Below, piece by piece: positions 1 through 14,915 of a stretch of DNA of 64,000 bases. Positions within the stretch are counted from its first letter, which is position 1. Each line of letters opens with the position of its first letter. The notes beneath the pieces are model-generated. The model was not told where the DNA came from and did not search any database. It was given only the letters and a program-made list of their open reading frames with translations. Where the stretch lies: NCBI RefSeq assembly GCF_009914755.1, contig NC_060936.1. One strand, 5' to 3'. The stretch is from the human T2T-CHM13v2.0 reference genome, Homo sapiens. A program made the position numbers and the translations under genes.

Positions 1-120
1 CTGTCTCTCTTGATGAATGAAAAGCAGAACCTGTGTCTAGTTTCCTGTTCTATCCCTTTGCCAATAACAGTTCTTGTCAAATACTAGATACTCAGTAAAT
101 ATTTTCTTGAGAGAATGAAT
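1..120 (+). mobile_element. L2 LINE 3' end fragment
   Basis: Resembles the L2 terminus (ctcagtaaatatt...gaatgaat). Confidence 0.5.
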
Positions 121-1598
121 CACTGCTCATCTGGCTCATTCTGTGAATTCTATTCATATAGGTTAGGGAGCGGGGTTTAATCTGTCTGGCTGGTTGAGGG
201 ACCCAGTTTCTCAAAGGTTTCTTGTTATGGGTGATCCTCCTGAAAGATTTGGTTAGAGGTTCTACGTTGTCACCAGACGGAGGCATTAACTATATTCCCT
301 TGTTTTATATGCTTATTCCCCCATGCTCTGGCAATTTCTGGCAAGCCTGAAGAGTGCTAATTTCACCTGTCAGCTGTATTCCTAAATCAGGACCTGTGGA
401 CACAGGGTGGAACATCATCCTTTGGAGACTTGGGCAGGATAAGGGTGGCCATTCCATTCTCTCTCTTCAAGGGTCTTCCCCTTTGCTGTGACGCTTACAT
501 GGGTATCCATGTCCTTTTGCTCAGCACGAGCCAGATTCTTGGGTCTCCCCTGGCACTCTTCCGCATAAGACAGTACTTCACAAACTCTGCTCTTCAGAAG
601 GTAATATCACCTTCACATATGTGTATGTTAGAAGTAACAGGGCTTGCTATGCTGACTCCTCTAGAATTCCTTTTTGGACCATTTTTGCTGTCAAATAGTC
701 ACCTTTGATACCTCTAGGAGAGCAGAAAAGGGTCATAGTAAGTAATTCATAGCTTTATAATCCGTTGGAATAGTAAGATAGATAATAATTTGATAGCAAA
801 GGTATGTCGTTTGTGTGCAGTCTTGCTAACCAGGCTGCACCAGTTTTGTAGAACTCGTGTCTACTCATCCTATTGCTGTTCCTGGAGTTTCCCTTAAAAT
901 TCCATGAGAATTAGAGGCCTAGGACCCATAACTTTCCTCAAACCTCGTTTTTTCAGCTTTTAATCTCCAGCTGTTGAATAACTTCCCAGTGGCAGTCTGA
1001 AACCCCTTGCAACAGAACCAGAATTTCTTAAAGGCTTGCATCTTAGCACAAGTTGAGAAACAAGATACATAGGGTAGGGAGATTAAAAGCAAAAAATCAA
1101 TTGCAATCTCATGTCTTCATGTCAACACTCCAAAGATAATGAATGGTAGCAATCAGAGCGTGCCCCCCATAGCTCAGTGCCCTCTCCTGGTAGAGGTGCT
1201 TTAAAAAGACACTGCATCTTTTGAGATAAGAGTGTCCTAGATCTGTAAGGGCATTTATCCTGGACAGACTTTGAAACTGTCAGAAGATAAGCCTGGTTTT
1301 CTAGAGCCACGAGAGTCTTTTTACTGATGGGAAGGAATCTCACTCTCCCTGAATCCAGAATATGCTTGCTTAAGTGAAGGCCCTAATTATCTTAATCCTT
1401 AAACTCAATTCCTTTATTTACTAAACACAAATACAATTCCACACTTGAAGACACTAGACAAAAAATTGGGTTAACCTCCAAATCTGGCCATGTTTTTTAA
1501 ACCTAATGAAACCCCTGCAGACGCCAGTCACAATAAAAACTGCGGCAGCCCACAAATTGAAATACTGGCTAGACCTTTTTTTCTTTTAAACCTGTTCA

Positions 1599-1760
<162 letters not shown>

Positions 1761-2024
1761 ACTGTTTACCCGAGCTACTCCAAGACACCTTTTCTTGCCT
1801 TTCTACCCTGCATATGGATTTCTTGAAGTTTCCAGGCTTAAGCATCAGGCGTTGGGTTTGAGGGTGAGAAACGACATCCTTGTCCTTTCAGATTAGAATC
1901 CAGTCAAAGCAAAAGACACAAAACATTTAGCCATCAATATAACAATAATTGGTTTATTCAAGAATCATCAGAGGAAGCTACAACCAATGTGTCAGAGTTT
2001 GTTGTTAAACAGGTTAAAGCTATC

Positions 2025-2775
2025 TACGTACAGATTATGTATTAATTACAAAGGAAAAATTGTTGTTTTACTATAGAGAAATCACATTAACCAAGTGAAG
2101 TTAACATTATCTGTAATGGGACAAACTAACATCATGCACTTCCTGATGTGATTAACTGAGAGAAGTACCCATAATCTGTGCAGTATTTCTGACCAAGACA
2201 CAAAACCTAAATCCAATAATGAGAAGACAATCAGATGACTCACACGAAGAGGGCATTCACAGAACAACTGAATGGTGGTCTTCAGAAATGTTCATGTCAT
2301 GAAAGCCAAAGAAAGACTGAGGAGTTGTTCAGTTGTTCCAGATTAAAGAAGACTAAAGAGATGTCACAATCCAATGCAAGCTATAATCCTGGATTGGACC
2401 CTGGATCAGGAAAAACAATGGTTATAAATAGCATTTCTGCAACAATTGGCAAAGTTAGAATATGGACTGTATATTAGGTAATAGTATTGTGTCAGTACTA
2501 AATTTCTTGAAGTTGATAGCAATACTGTGATTATGTAAGAGAAGGTCTTTGTTGTTAGTATACATATACAGAAGAATTTAGGAGCAAAGATTCATGATAT
2601 CTTCAACGTACTCTCAAAAGATTCTGAGAATATGCAAATATTTATAAAGAGAAATAGAGTGTATGTGAAAAATACTAACAATTGGTGATTCTAGATAAAG
2701 AGTATATGGGTACTCATTGCCTTATTCTTGCAATTGTATGTAGTTTAAAATTTTTCAAAATAAAACATGGAAAAA
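2025..2775 (+). mobile_element. L1MC-type 3' UTR fragment
   Basis: Resembles L1MC 3' end (ccagattaaagaagactaaagagatgtcacaa...cctggattggaccctgg), ending tttttcaaaataaaa. Confidence 0.65.
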
Positions 2776-2890
2776 TAAGTTGAAAGAATAACAGAACTAA
2801 AAAGTAAACCTAAAAAATATATACAAGACTCAGATTAAATATATCAGCATTATTACTGGTAAAACTGGATTGGAAACCATGAAGGTTAAA

Positions 2891-2900
2891 AGATAGATAA

Positions 2901-2943
<43 letters not shown>
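2891..2943. repeat. (GATA)n tetranucleotide microsatellite
   Basis: Directly visible, about 13 units with one interruption. Confidence 0.95.
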
Positions 2944-3390
2944 TGCATTTTGCTTCCTACTTCATCTGGAGGTGATTTACTAAAGACAGAGTCACAGGCA
3001 ATCCGAAACTTTCCCCAACCTGCTCACCACCTTCTCTCCACGAGAAGAGTATATTTCTCTAATGGGCTTAACCACATGGAGTGTATTCTGTTGTTCTTTC
3101 TGTAACTTATTATAATTTCACCTGAAACATATCCACAATAGCTTTTAGAGTTTCTATCTGTTTTTGAAAAGTCTCTGTAGCATTTAAAATAGTCAACCTT
3201 ATAGAATCAGAGAGTAGAATGGTGGTTTCCAGGGGTTGGAGGAAGGGGAAAATGGGGAGATATTGGTCAAAGACTATAGAATTTCAGTTATGCAAGATGG
3301 ATAAGTTCTGGAAATCTAATGTACAGCAATGTGCTATAGTTAACAATATTGTATTGTATACTTGAAAACTGCTAAGAGAGTAGAGCTTTA

Positions 3391-3705
<315 letters not shown>

Positions 3706-3799
3706 TTAGTATTCTCACCACAATAAAATAAGAAAGAAAATGGTAACTACAAGAAGCGATGGCTATGTTAACTAGCTTAATTCTGGTGGTTATTTCACA

Positions 3800-3800
<1 letters not shown>

Positions 3801-3837
<37 letters not shown>

Positions 3838-3870
3838 CTCTCTCTCTTTCTCTCTCTCTATATATACACA
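3801..3870. repeat. Compound (TG)n(TC)n(TA)n microsatellite
   Basis: Directly visible. Confidence 0.95.
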
Positions 3871-5224
3871 CATAAAGTTAAATATACACAGTATTTGTTA
3901 ACTATATCTCAATAAAGCTGGAAAAAATAAAATTAAAAAGTGTTTATGCTTGATATTTTTGGTATATTCACCATTTGTAATTGCATACTTTATTTTTAAA
4001 AGTATTTTTATACATAGTCTTATATCTGCCAAATTTTATATTGTCAGTCTTTTGGTGTTTAAATGTTTTATATATTGTTTCTTTTGACAATCATGCACTA
4101 CAATTGCTTGACTTCTCACTTTTTGGCCATCTGGTTTCTGAAGTCATGCTTATTTTCGGCTTTCGGAGTCAATTCTGAGCAACTCTCCACATGCTGTCAG
4201 CCATGTGTTCCCCTCTCCAGGCACAATCTCAGATGCTTCACTTATTTTGGCTTAGAGCAGGTGTCTCAGACTCAGCTTCCCTTCTCTTTGCCATTTTGAA
4301 AATCAATATCCCCTCAACCTTAATGTTATAGGAACCTGGCTGGCTTTAGGGAAATTCCCACAGCCTGTTGGCCTCAACAGAGTTCCTGCCACTCTGGTTT
4401 AGCAATCCTCACTCTTAGCTGCTCCAGCCATTGTTCCAAGCCTCTGGGGCTTTGACTTCATTCCACACTGGCACTGCTTCCAAATATTCCCACCTCAGCT
4501 CCTGACCATAAGAAGCCAGGCCCTGTCCCCTAGAAAATCCAGGTTGTTTTTGTAACTGTCATTTTTAAGTAGTTGCTGACTTTAATGATGTTTCCTCTGT
4601 GGTTTATTTCCTTGTGGGTTATTTAAATTTGAATTGTCAATTTATCTTCAATGTTTCTTCTCCTCTTATGAAAGTTTTATGTGCCTGAGGCTATGAAAGT
4701 GTCCCCTTCTGAATGATTAGATCTCCAAGGGTTTAACTTCTTCTGACCAGTTTTAATGACAATTTGTCAGCCTGGATTGTTGAAGACTGGGGTGACCTTT
4801 CTCCTATGCACATTCCCAGGTGAATGACAAGCATTTTTATTGTTGTTTTCTATTGTCTGGCCTGTAGGTGGAGTTTTTCTAGACCTTTTTTCATAATTAA
4901 ATCCAGATTTATACAGGAGCTTAATTTCAGCATTCCTTCTTTCACGGAGTAAAGACTGTATCTTCTGCCCTATATTTTGTGTTTGGGACTTGTTCTCTTT
5001 TACACTGCTGTGCTCTCAGCTTCTGATTATTCCTGTGCCTTGAGCTTCTCCTAAGTTCTGACACCCTGGGATGTCACATTTTTTTCTTAGAGTTGTGTTA
5101 ATACTTGTCCAGATATTTAGTGTGTTTGTAGCATGGGGCAGAAAGAAGAGATTATAGATTTCATTGTCTATTTTATTCCAATCCCCCCATTTTTCTGGCT
5201 GTTCTCATGACACTTCCTTTATAA

Positions 5225-5370
5225 CATTTCTTAGCCTCCCTGACTGCAGTCATAGGGTTGTCTCAAGTCCATGGGTAGGCTTAAGCCAATTAGTGAGGCC
5301 CATAATCCTGGACAAGGTGATTGGCTTAGAGATGATCACATTCACTCAGTAGAGGTCAATGAGATGAAAG
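5225..5370 (+). mobile_element. ERVL LTR fragment (LTR16-like)
   Basis: agccaattag...gtgattggcttagagatgatcac...gtcaatgaga motif pattern. Confidence 0.4.
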
Positions 5371-5659
5371 AAGGTATTTTCTGACATATTTGATAAAAAA
5401 TTTTAAAATATACCGGATGGTCATATGGTAATGTTATTGACCATAATATATTATAATTTTTATTTTACAATTTTACAATAGCTGTTACTTGCTTATGACC
5501 AAAAATCACTCAAAGTAATATAACTTATTTATTTAAAAAGTCAAATCATTATATTCTTTTGATGAAAGGGGCAGGTATATGGAGAGCTGGAAATTCTCCC
5601 CAGAAAGGCCCCACCTGTTAGCGCAATGTAAAGCCCCTCATTTATTCCCCATTAGGTAA

Positions 5660-5860
5660 TGTATTTTAATTTTCTTCACAACGTGTATCACTAGCTGAAG
5701 TTATCATATCCATTGGATTACTTATTTTGTTGTCTTCCCCATAAAATATTACCTCCATAAGAACAAAGACCTTATCTCTACTGTTAACCATCATATCTTC
5801 AATGTCTAAAATAGTACCTGACAGCTCTCACATAGTAGAGATTCAGTATTCGTTAAATAA
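5660..5860 (+). mobile_element. L2 3' end fragment
   Basis: Degenerate L2 terminus. Confidence 0.55.
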
Positions 5861-6409
5861 ACCCTAGCTACAACTCAGAATTTTCCTACTTGACATCTTC
5901 ACAATCACTTTTTTGTGCCCCAAAAGAAAAAAATGATCATCTCTATTAGAACATTTTCTGAAGTATGAGGATGCATGTTTGCTAGAAGGCAGAAAAAAAT
6001 GACTCCTTGATCTCATTGGCTTGTATCAGACATGTGACCACCCCTGACTCAATTACATTGGCCAAAATTATGGTCTTCACTAATTGACTTTAGCCAGTCA
6101 AGACTCATCCATGGAGCTGGGGATGAGAAGAATCCACTTAATTTGCTAAGATATGAAAGAGATAGTTCTCCCAAAGAATATTCTGATACACTTACCATGA
6201 AAGAAGAGATATGTGTATTAGTATCTCCAACAGCTATCCACTTTGCTACTCAACCTGTAAGACAGAATCTTCCAAGTGACAATTTGAGTCCAGGGAGGTC
6301 AAGGGACTCACAGGGCATAAGCAAAAGATTAAAATGTTCAGTTCTTAAAAGACTAAAATTGGAATAAAATGCCCTGCTCCTCTGCCTTTTATTTAATTTC
6401 TTGGTACAC

Positions 6410-6845
6410 ATGTATTCCTTTGTTTATTAGCAAATATTTATTGATCATCTGCTATGTTCCAGACACATGCTTTGCCAGGTATTGGTGCCAAAGCAGTAAA
6501 CTATATGAACAACGTCCCTATTCTAATAGAGTTTATATTCCACTGTGAAAAACAAATGAAAAACTGAAGAATATGCGTTTATATAATGCCAGGTAGCAAT
6601 AGATGCCATTAAACATAAAGCACAGGAAGTGAATAGCAAGTGTCAAAGAGAGATATCTTATGAAAGGTGATCAAAGAAAGCCCCACTAAGAAGATAAAGT
6701 TGAGCGGAAACAGTGTGGTATAAGAAACTGAGATATGAGACTATCTGTTGGAAGGGAATCCTATGCAGAAATAAAAGCAAATACCAAAGGCCTTGAGGTG
6801 GGAGCATGCTTGGCAAGTTTGGGGAAGAGCAAGGAGATAGTATGA
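6410..6845 (-). mobile_element. L2 3' fragment
   Basis: caaatatttattgatcatctgctatgttccagacac...ggccttgaggtgggagcatgcttggc. Confidence 0.7.
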
Positions 6846-7634
6846 TATTTAGATAAACTAAATCAACCTTTCCCAACTATAGTGTCCTCTTTTGTAAACA
6901 GAAGTTAACCTAGTAGGATTGTACTATGAATACTATGAATACTATGGTAAGTCTCTTGCATACAGTAGGTGTTCAGCCAAAGATGGCATCTTTCTTTTAG
7001 TGCCCTTCACCTTTCCCTTGGGTTCAATCTCCACTCAAGTCATCTTAGGACACTAACTAGCCACACGCTCAATTTGCCTGTGTAAACCTTTTGGGTTTGA
7101 AAGCAGCTGCTACTTTGAAGTATTCCATGCCCACACCATGTGGTTTCATGATCCTTTTGTTCACGATCGTGTTACACTAACCACAATCCACAAAGGAGAC
7201 TGCAACATGCTACCTTCTTCACTCTTGTGTATCCAAGTGGATTTTTTTTAGACTAAAGGGGTAATGTGGGTGTCTGATCATATGAGTCAAAGGTTCCAAC
7301 CAGAATATAAATAAAATCCAGCTCTTGGTCAAAAGAAGCCAGTGTCAATTTGTGTAAACCAGACCATGCTATGTACCATAAACCTCGTAAACCATTGAAA
7401 TTTATTCTCCATTAACATTTCCAAATGCATCAGAAATAATATTTTCTATTTGGTTTCTATAGTGCTATTTTTAAATAGCCAGGTCTTTCTTTATGCATAA
7501 CTTATATACATATATATATACATATATATATATATATCGTGTGTACACATGTGAGTGGAGGAGGTGTCTGTGAGTGTGCAAATAAACTAATCTAAGATAT
7601 TTATTTGCCTCGGATTTTTGTAGATCCTATTATG

Positions 7635-7838
7635 ACACTTGTTTTCAAACCCAGCTCCACAAAATATTTTAGAGCTATGAGAGATGGAGACTTGGGGACC
7701 GGAAAGGTATGTGGGCTGAGCTGTGGACCATGTGCCATGTCTACCTTAACTGAAACTTCAGCTTTTATCTATTTTCCATACCTGGTAAGATTTCATTTGA
7801 ATAAAGAGTTCTGCTCATTTAAAAAATTTGAACTGTCT
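7635..7838 (+). mobile_element. hAT-Charlie MITE (Charlie4z-like)
   Basis: Degenerate ends gttttcaaac...tttgaactg and internal gtaagatttcatttgaataaagagttctgct. Confidence 0.45.
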
Positions 7839-9249
7839 TAGGATACTAGAACAAAGCCAAAGTGAGATTTTCCTGGAGATAAAATTAAGCAAGTTATGTC
7901 CTATTATCAGATGGTGAAGAGAAGAGCATGTTAGATTGGGTATTTACCTGCCTTCCAATAATCAAGAAAATATTCCCTTCTTTCTACTTTATCATGTTAG
8001 GTACACGTCGAGTATATATGGATGAAGATTTAAGTGAAAGAAGGAAAAGCTAGACTATTGCATGATTACTGTGAGAAAAATTGTAAATTATAACACCAAT
8101 AGAACAAATCACTTTAAGCTTCCTAATTGGCATTACTTCTGATTTGCTAATTGCATTAACAGGGAAGTGAGTTTTCAGTAAAGATATGTGTCATTCCACA
8201 AAGTTATAGAACTATTTCAAAAGTTCAGAGTCAAGATTACATAACAACTTTATATAAGCTATTAAATGAACAAGGTCTTATTAGGAGTAAAATTGTTGTT
8301 AAAATTCTGATTAGAGTTATATTGCCATAATATATAACTTGCATAGTTATATTCCCAAAATAAAATTTATCTAAGATTTTCATTAAAATTATTAGAATTT
8401 CATTTTTTAATGAAATTGAAAAGGTTATTTGTGAAAAATAAGGAATGATTTTTCTAATTGGCAATGTTTCAGACTGACTATCTTCCATTCTGTTGACCTC
8501 TTCAGGGCACTCTCATTCAAAATGAAGCATCGGTCCATTTGATCCAGGGTCCCTTCCAGCTCAAAAAGCCCATGATCCTATGAAATGTTGCCTTGTGAAG
8601 TTTTCCACACCTCCCATGATGTTTGTACTGGAACATGCCAGGAGAGTGGAGAATTTCCAGTTCTTTTTACTGATTTGTTTTTGCATTTTCTTCCACCTGG
8701 ATTCTGAAGGGGGGAAAATGCCTTGAACCATTTTTTTTCTTAAAAAATAAAAAAGTCTTGCTTTAAAAATAGCCTTTCAGAAAGAATAAATTCCCATTAG
8801 GAGTTTCCTGTTTTCTTACATTCACTGTTTCTACTTTCAGTGCCAATTTTTCAAAACCAGGGAAGAAATGAACTGCATGAGATGCTTGGGGCTCCCAGGT
8901 GGATATAACCTGCATGTACTGATAACGAGTCTGTTTTCACTTCATTCCTGGGAATGTAGCCCACTATGAATTCTGTTGCATGGCTTGATTATCTGCCCTG
9001 CCCATATTTTTTCTAAAAGAATACTTTAAATTTTGGGCATATCTAGGCTTCTCCAGAGACCCCCAGAAAGTCTAAAACCCGGAGAGTTTTCTGTTATTCT
9101 TTATCTCAATATACCCTCCCTGGTGTCATCTACTAACATTCCAGGTGCTACATCATATTGATTGAAGGGCTGCATTGCCATTTTTAGAGTTCCTTTCCTT
9201 CCAGAGTTCTGCCACCATCTTGAATAATGTGAAATGCACTTATAGGTTA

Positions 9250-10862
<1,613 letters not shown>

Positions 10863-10999
10863 AGGTGTAGTCTATTCATTAATTGAATCAGTCATTTAAA
10901 AAACATGTATTGTCTTTATAGTCACAAGTGCTGTAAATACAAAATTCAAGAACCTGGGACACATTGGAATATGTTTCCAAAATAAAGGTAACAAAATAA

Positions 11000-11235
11000 T
11001 GATAAACATTTATCAGATACATACTACGTTCCAATCACTGTTCCAAGTGCGTTATGTCTTCTGTAATCCTGGAAACAGCACTATGAAATAGGTAGGATTA
11101 TTATTTGGATAATATATATGCACAAACTGAGGCAAAGGGAGGCTAAATAACTTCTCTAAGTTTAGGAAGCAAGTTGCAGGACCATGATTTGAACCTAAGC
11201 AGTCCGACTCAAGAATCTGTGAAATACCACTGCTT
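11000..11235 (-). mobile_element. MIR
   Basis: aaactgaggcaaagggaggctaaataactt...atttgaacctaagcagtccgactc. Confidence 0.75.
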
Positions 11236-11829
11236 TACAGCAATTGTTTTATTGTGCTATATATTGCTTCTGTATCTATATTTATTTCTAGACTACAATA
11301 AGTGACCGAAATTAATTATATCCAAAACTGAACTCATAATTCTCTCACCAACTCTAGCCTTCCAGAAGTAAAAAGGCCCTGTGGAGCTCAGTCAGACAAA
11401 GAAAAGTGCTGATGCCCTTGAGGTTTTTACAATCTCTGTGTAGATGTGGGAGAGGAAGGGGATAGACCCATTCACACACACACACATGCACACACAAATC
11501 ATAATTAATTTCACTGAACTGTGAACAGAGCATTCTAAAAGTCCAGAGGAGTTCATGATACATTCTGCCTTCAGAAGATGAGGAGTCACGCAAGCCTTTA
11601 GGAAAATGTGTTCATTTAGCTGCATTGTGAAAGACAGAATGAACAAAAGCATAGAGGCAAGGGTGTGAATGACTTGGGGGAATACTATACAATCGAGACT
11701 AGCTGGAGCATGGCTTGCTTGGGATATCTTTATAAGCCACGGGGCAGTTAAATAGTTTAAAGTCTTGTATACCATGTTAAAAATTTTCAGCACTCTTTTG
11801 CAATAGTTGTTAGGAATGCCAACCTAACT

Positions 11830-12045
11830 CTGACTTCACCTCTTCCTAGCTTTGTGACTTTAGGTAAGTCATTTAACTTTTCTGCCTCAGTGTCCCATAA
11901 TAAAATAGGGCTAATTATGGTATCCACTGTACACAGCTGGTGTGATGTTTAAATTAGTTTATATATATCCATATGTATGTTCATTTATGTATATATGTGT
12001 ACATTAGAACAGCATCTGGCACTATGGACATGATAGCTATTATTA
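11830..12045 (+). mobile_element. MIR
   Basis: tgtgactttaggtaagtcatttaacttttctgcctcagt core. Confidence 0.75.
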
Positions 12046-12049
12046 TGAT

Positions 12050-12250
12050 GTGACTTTCAAATACTTTTTAAAATGAAATATCACATGGAATCCATATGTA
12101 GGAAGCAGATTTACAAAGCAAATAAATAAACAGAAGCTACTTTGTTAAAGAGTCCCAACTCTCTGACCTTCCTTCAATTTGTTGAGTTGCCCCTGTGGTG
12201 TTTTCTGGGAGCCCCAAGACTCCAGTAGAAGAGTTTGAAATCTTCCATTG
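12050..12250 (-). mobile_element. hAT-Charlie MITE (Charlie4z-like)
   Basis: tttcaaatacttttt...aaatgaaatatcacatggaatcc...gtttgaaa. Confidence 0.4.
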
Positions 12251-12396
12251 TAAACACTGGAAAGAAGCTCCTAACTCAAGGTGACGAAGGCTTTCTCCAG
12301 CGTAGTTCTGTCTCCTGCGATCCAGACTCCAATGTTAGTAATTACTTAACCTATGTATGGCACTGCCTATTTAACAGGCATGTCTAAAATAAAACT

Positions 12397-12725
<329 letters not shown>

Positions 12726-14669
12726 TTATTATTTTCTTCCATTTGCCCCCACAACCAACAAAATCCATTTCTCTCTTCCTTCCCATGTAGCAAATTTCCC
12801 CACCATTCCTTTAGCTATGAAGCCAAACTCCTGATTCGTTTGTCTCTTACCTAGTATTTATTCTGATAGGCTTAAAAACCCTTCAACCTGATCCCTTTGC
12901 ATCTAGCATAAAATGCAAACTGATTATTATGAGCATTTAAGGCTTTATGTGATTTCCCTTCTTCTTCAGACTTGGTTCATACCCCTTACTTGTAGCCTCT
13001 CTTCACGGAACATACCAGTCTTCTTCCCTTTTCAGGGATTTTGTGCTTGATGTTCCCTCCCATCTATTTCCATCACTGCAGTAGGGGTTTCTGTGATTTG
13101 CAGGGATGTATTCCTAACATCTGGAGCTCCATTGCTGACCTGATGTTATAAGAATGACGCTGTCCTACATTTTCATGACTATTCTTTCAGCTGACTCTTA
13201 CAACTCATAAATCATCTAGCCACTTCACTTTGCAACTCTGAGAGTTATTTGTCCAAAAAGCTTTTCTAAGAGAAAGCCAGAGGTTAGATCATGGAGGAGT
13301 TTTGTGCTTCACAAGGGAACCTGGACTTGATCCAGGAGACTATAAGGTTTTAAGAAAGAGTGTCTTAGTTAGATTTGCATTTTGGATAGATCTGCCACTC
13401 ATATGGAAGACAGTTTATTTCCCATTTTACAGATGAGAAATTTCAGTCTTAATAAAGTCAATAAATAGATTATAAGAAGAAGAAGAAGCCAGAATCCTGA
13501 TTTTCTAACTTCAACATTGCAATTATTCCTTTTATTAAGTGAAAGGAATATGTTTTCTTGGGCTAAATTTTTGCTTATTCTTTCCTTCAAAATCACTTGC
13601 TAAAATGCTTAAAATGTCCTTTGCTAGGTCCTGGGAATCAAGAAATAAAGAAGACTCAGTCGGTCTTCTTTAGAGTTCACAGTTTACTGGTATGTTGGCT
13701 TCAGTTTGATTCCAGATAAGTCTCCATTTTTCTCCCCACTGAGGTGATTTCTTCCTTTCCCCATTCTTCGCTGGTGTGAAGGGAGCACAGAGGCACAGGA
13801 CCCTTCTTGCTTGGTATGGAAATTACCCATGTTTCAGTTAAATGAAAGTCTAACCATTCTTGTGGCAGCTAAATTGGGTTGGAAGACCAATAGAAATTTG
13901 ACCAACAGCTATACTTGACATTATTCCTACACCGTGAACAAGTGTTCTGAGGAAAAACCATCAGAAAGTTTCCAAGGGAAGAGAAACTGAACCTATGAGG
14001 CTATAAACCTTGCCCAAAAAGAGCATTTGTCCAGAACATTCAGTGGCTTCTTTAATATTAAAAGAGAGGAAAAGTAAACATTTATGCTTTCCCAGAGGTT
14101 TAAACATTCTTTCACTGTGTCATCTCTGAAAATAGTGCATTAACCCCAAGGGTAATAACGCTTTTGCTTTAAGGATTATTTTAATTATAAGAAAGATGAT
14201 CTTATATTGTAAATAGTACTGGGTCATGTAGCAGATGAATAATACATTGATGATTAATAGTGCTAAACAATTAAATAGCACTTAACTTTCTCAAACCATA
14301 TTCATTTTAACCTAGCAAGGTCTCTGAATTCCCAGACGGTATTCATCCCATTAAATTACACGCATGTGGTAGAGTCAACTAAAGCACAGGCTCAGAAGTC
14401 AGACATATGTAGTCACAAATCTTTTTGCATACTATTCATTTGTACCATCAATATTAGACATCCTAGTAAAAAATAAAGCATACGCTAGAGCTTTTCTGCT
14501 TACCATTTCTAGGTGCATTCCTATTGCCTTTTAATTTGTGTGAAGTGTTATTTTGCTTGATCGGGAACCCTGGGTCAAAGATTTTAAAATGGTATTAATT
14601 CAGCATTTTAGAGATAATCGTGAACCCATGTGCAGAGAAAATAGACCACTCATGTGGGTCTTTGAGGTA

Positions 14670-14915
14670 TACTATGGTAGAGGACACATGTCCTAGAGGC
14701 ACGGAGTCTGAATTTATGTTCTGAATCATTTTTTCTAAGTGAACTTGGGCAAATTACTTAATTTCTACATACCTCAGTTTCCACATGTATAAAAAGTCTA
14801 AGTCTCTACTGTATGATATTATAAGGATTAACTGAGAGAATGCATGCAAAGCACTTAGAAAAGCGCCCATCACATACTTGATTCCCAGGAAATGGCACCT
14901 ATTACTATAATTGTT
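14670..14915 (+). mobile_element. MIR
   Basis: aacttgggcaaattacttaatttctacatacctcagtttccacatgtataaaa core. Confidence 0.75.

Noticed and set aside
6922-6946. 9-bp tandem tactatgaa (and a 14-bp duplication near 61645-61672)
   Set aside because: Ordinary slippage duplications.
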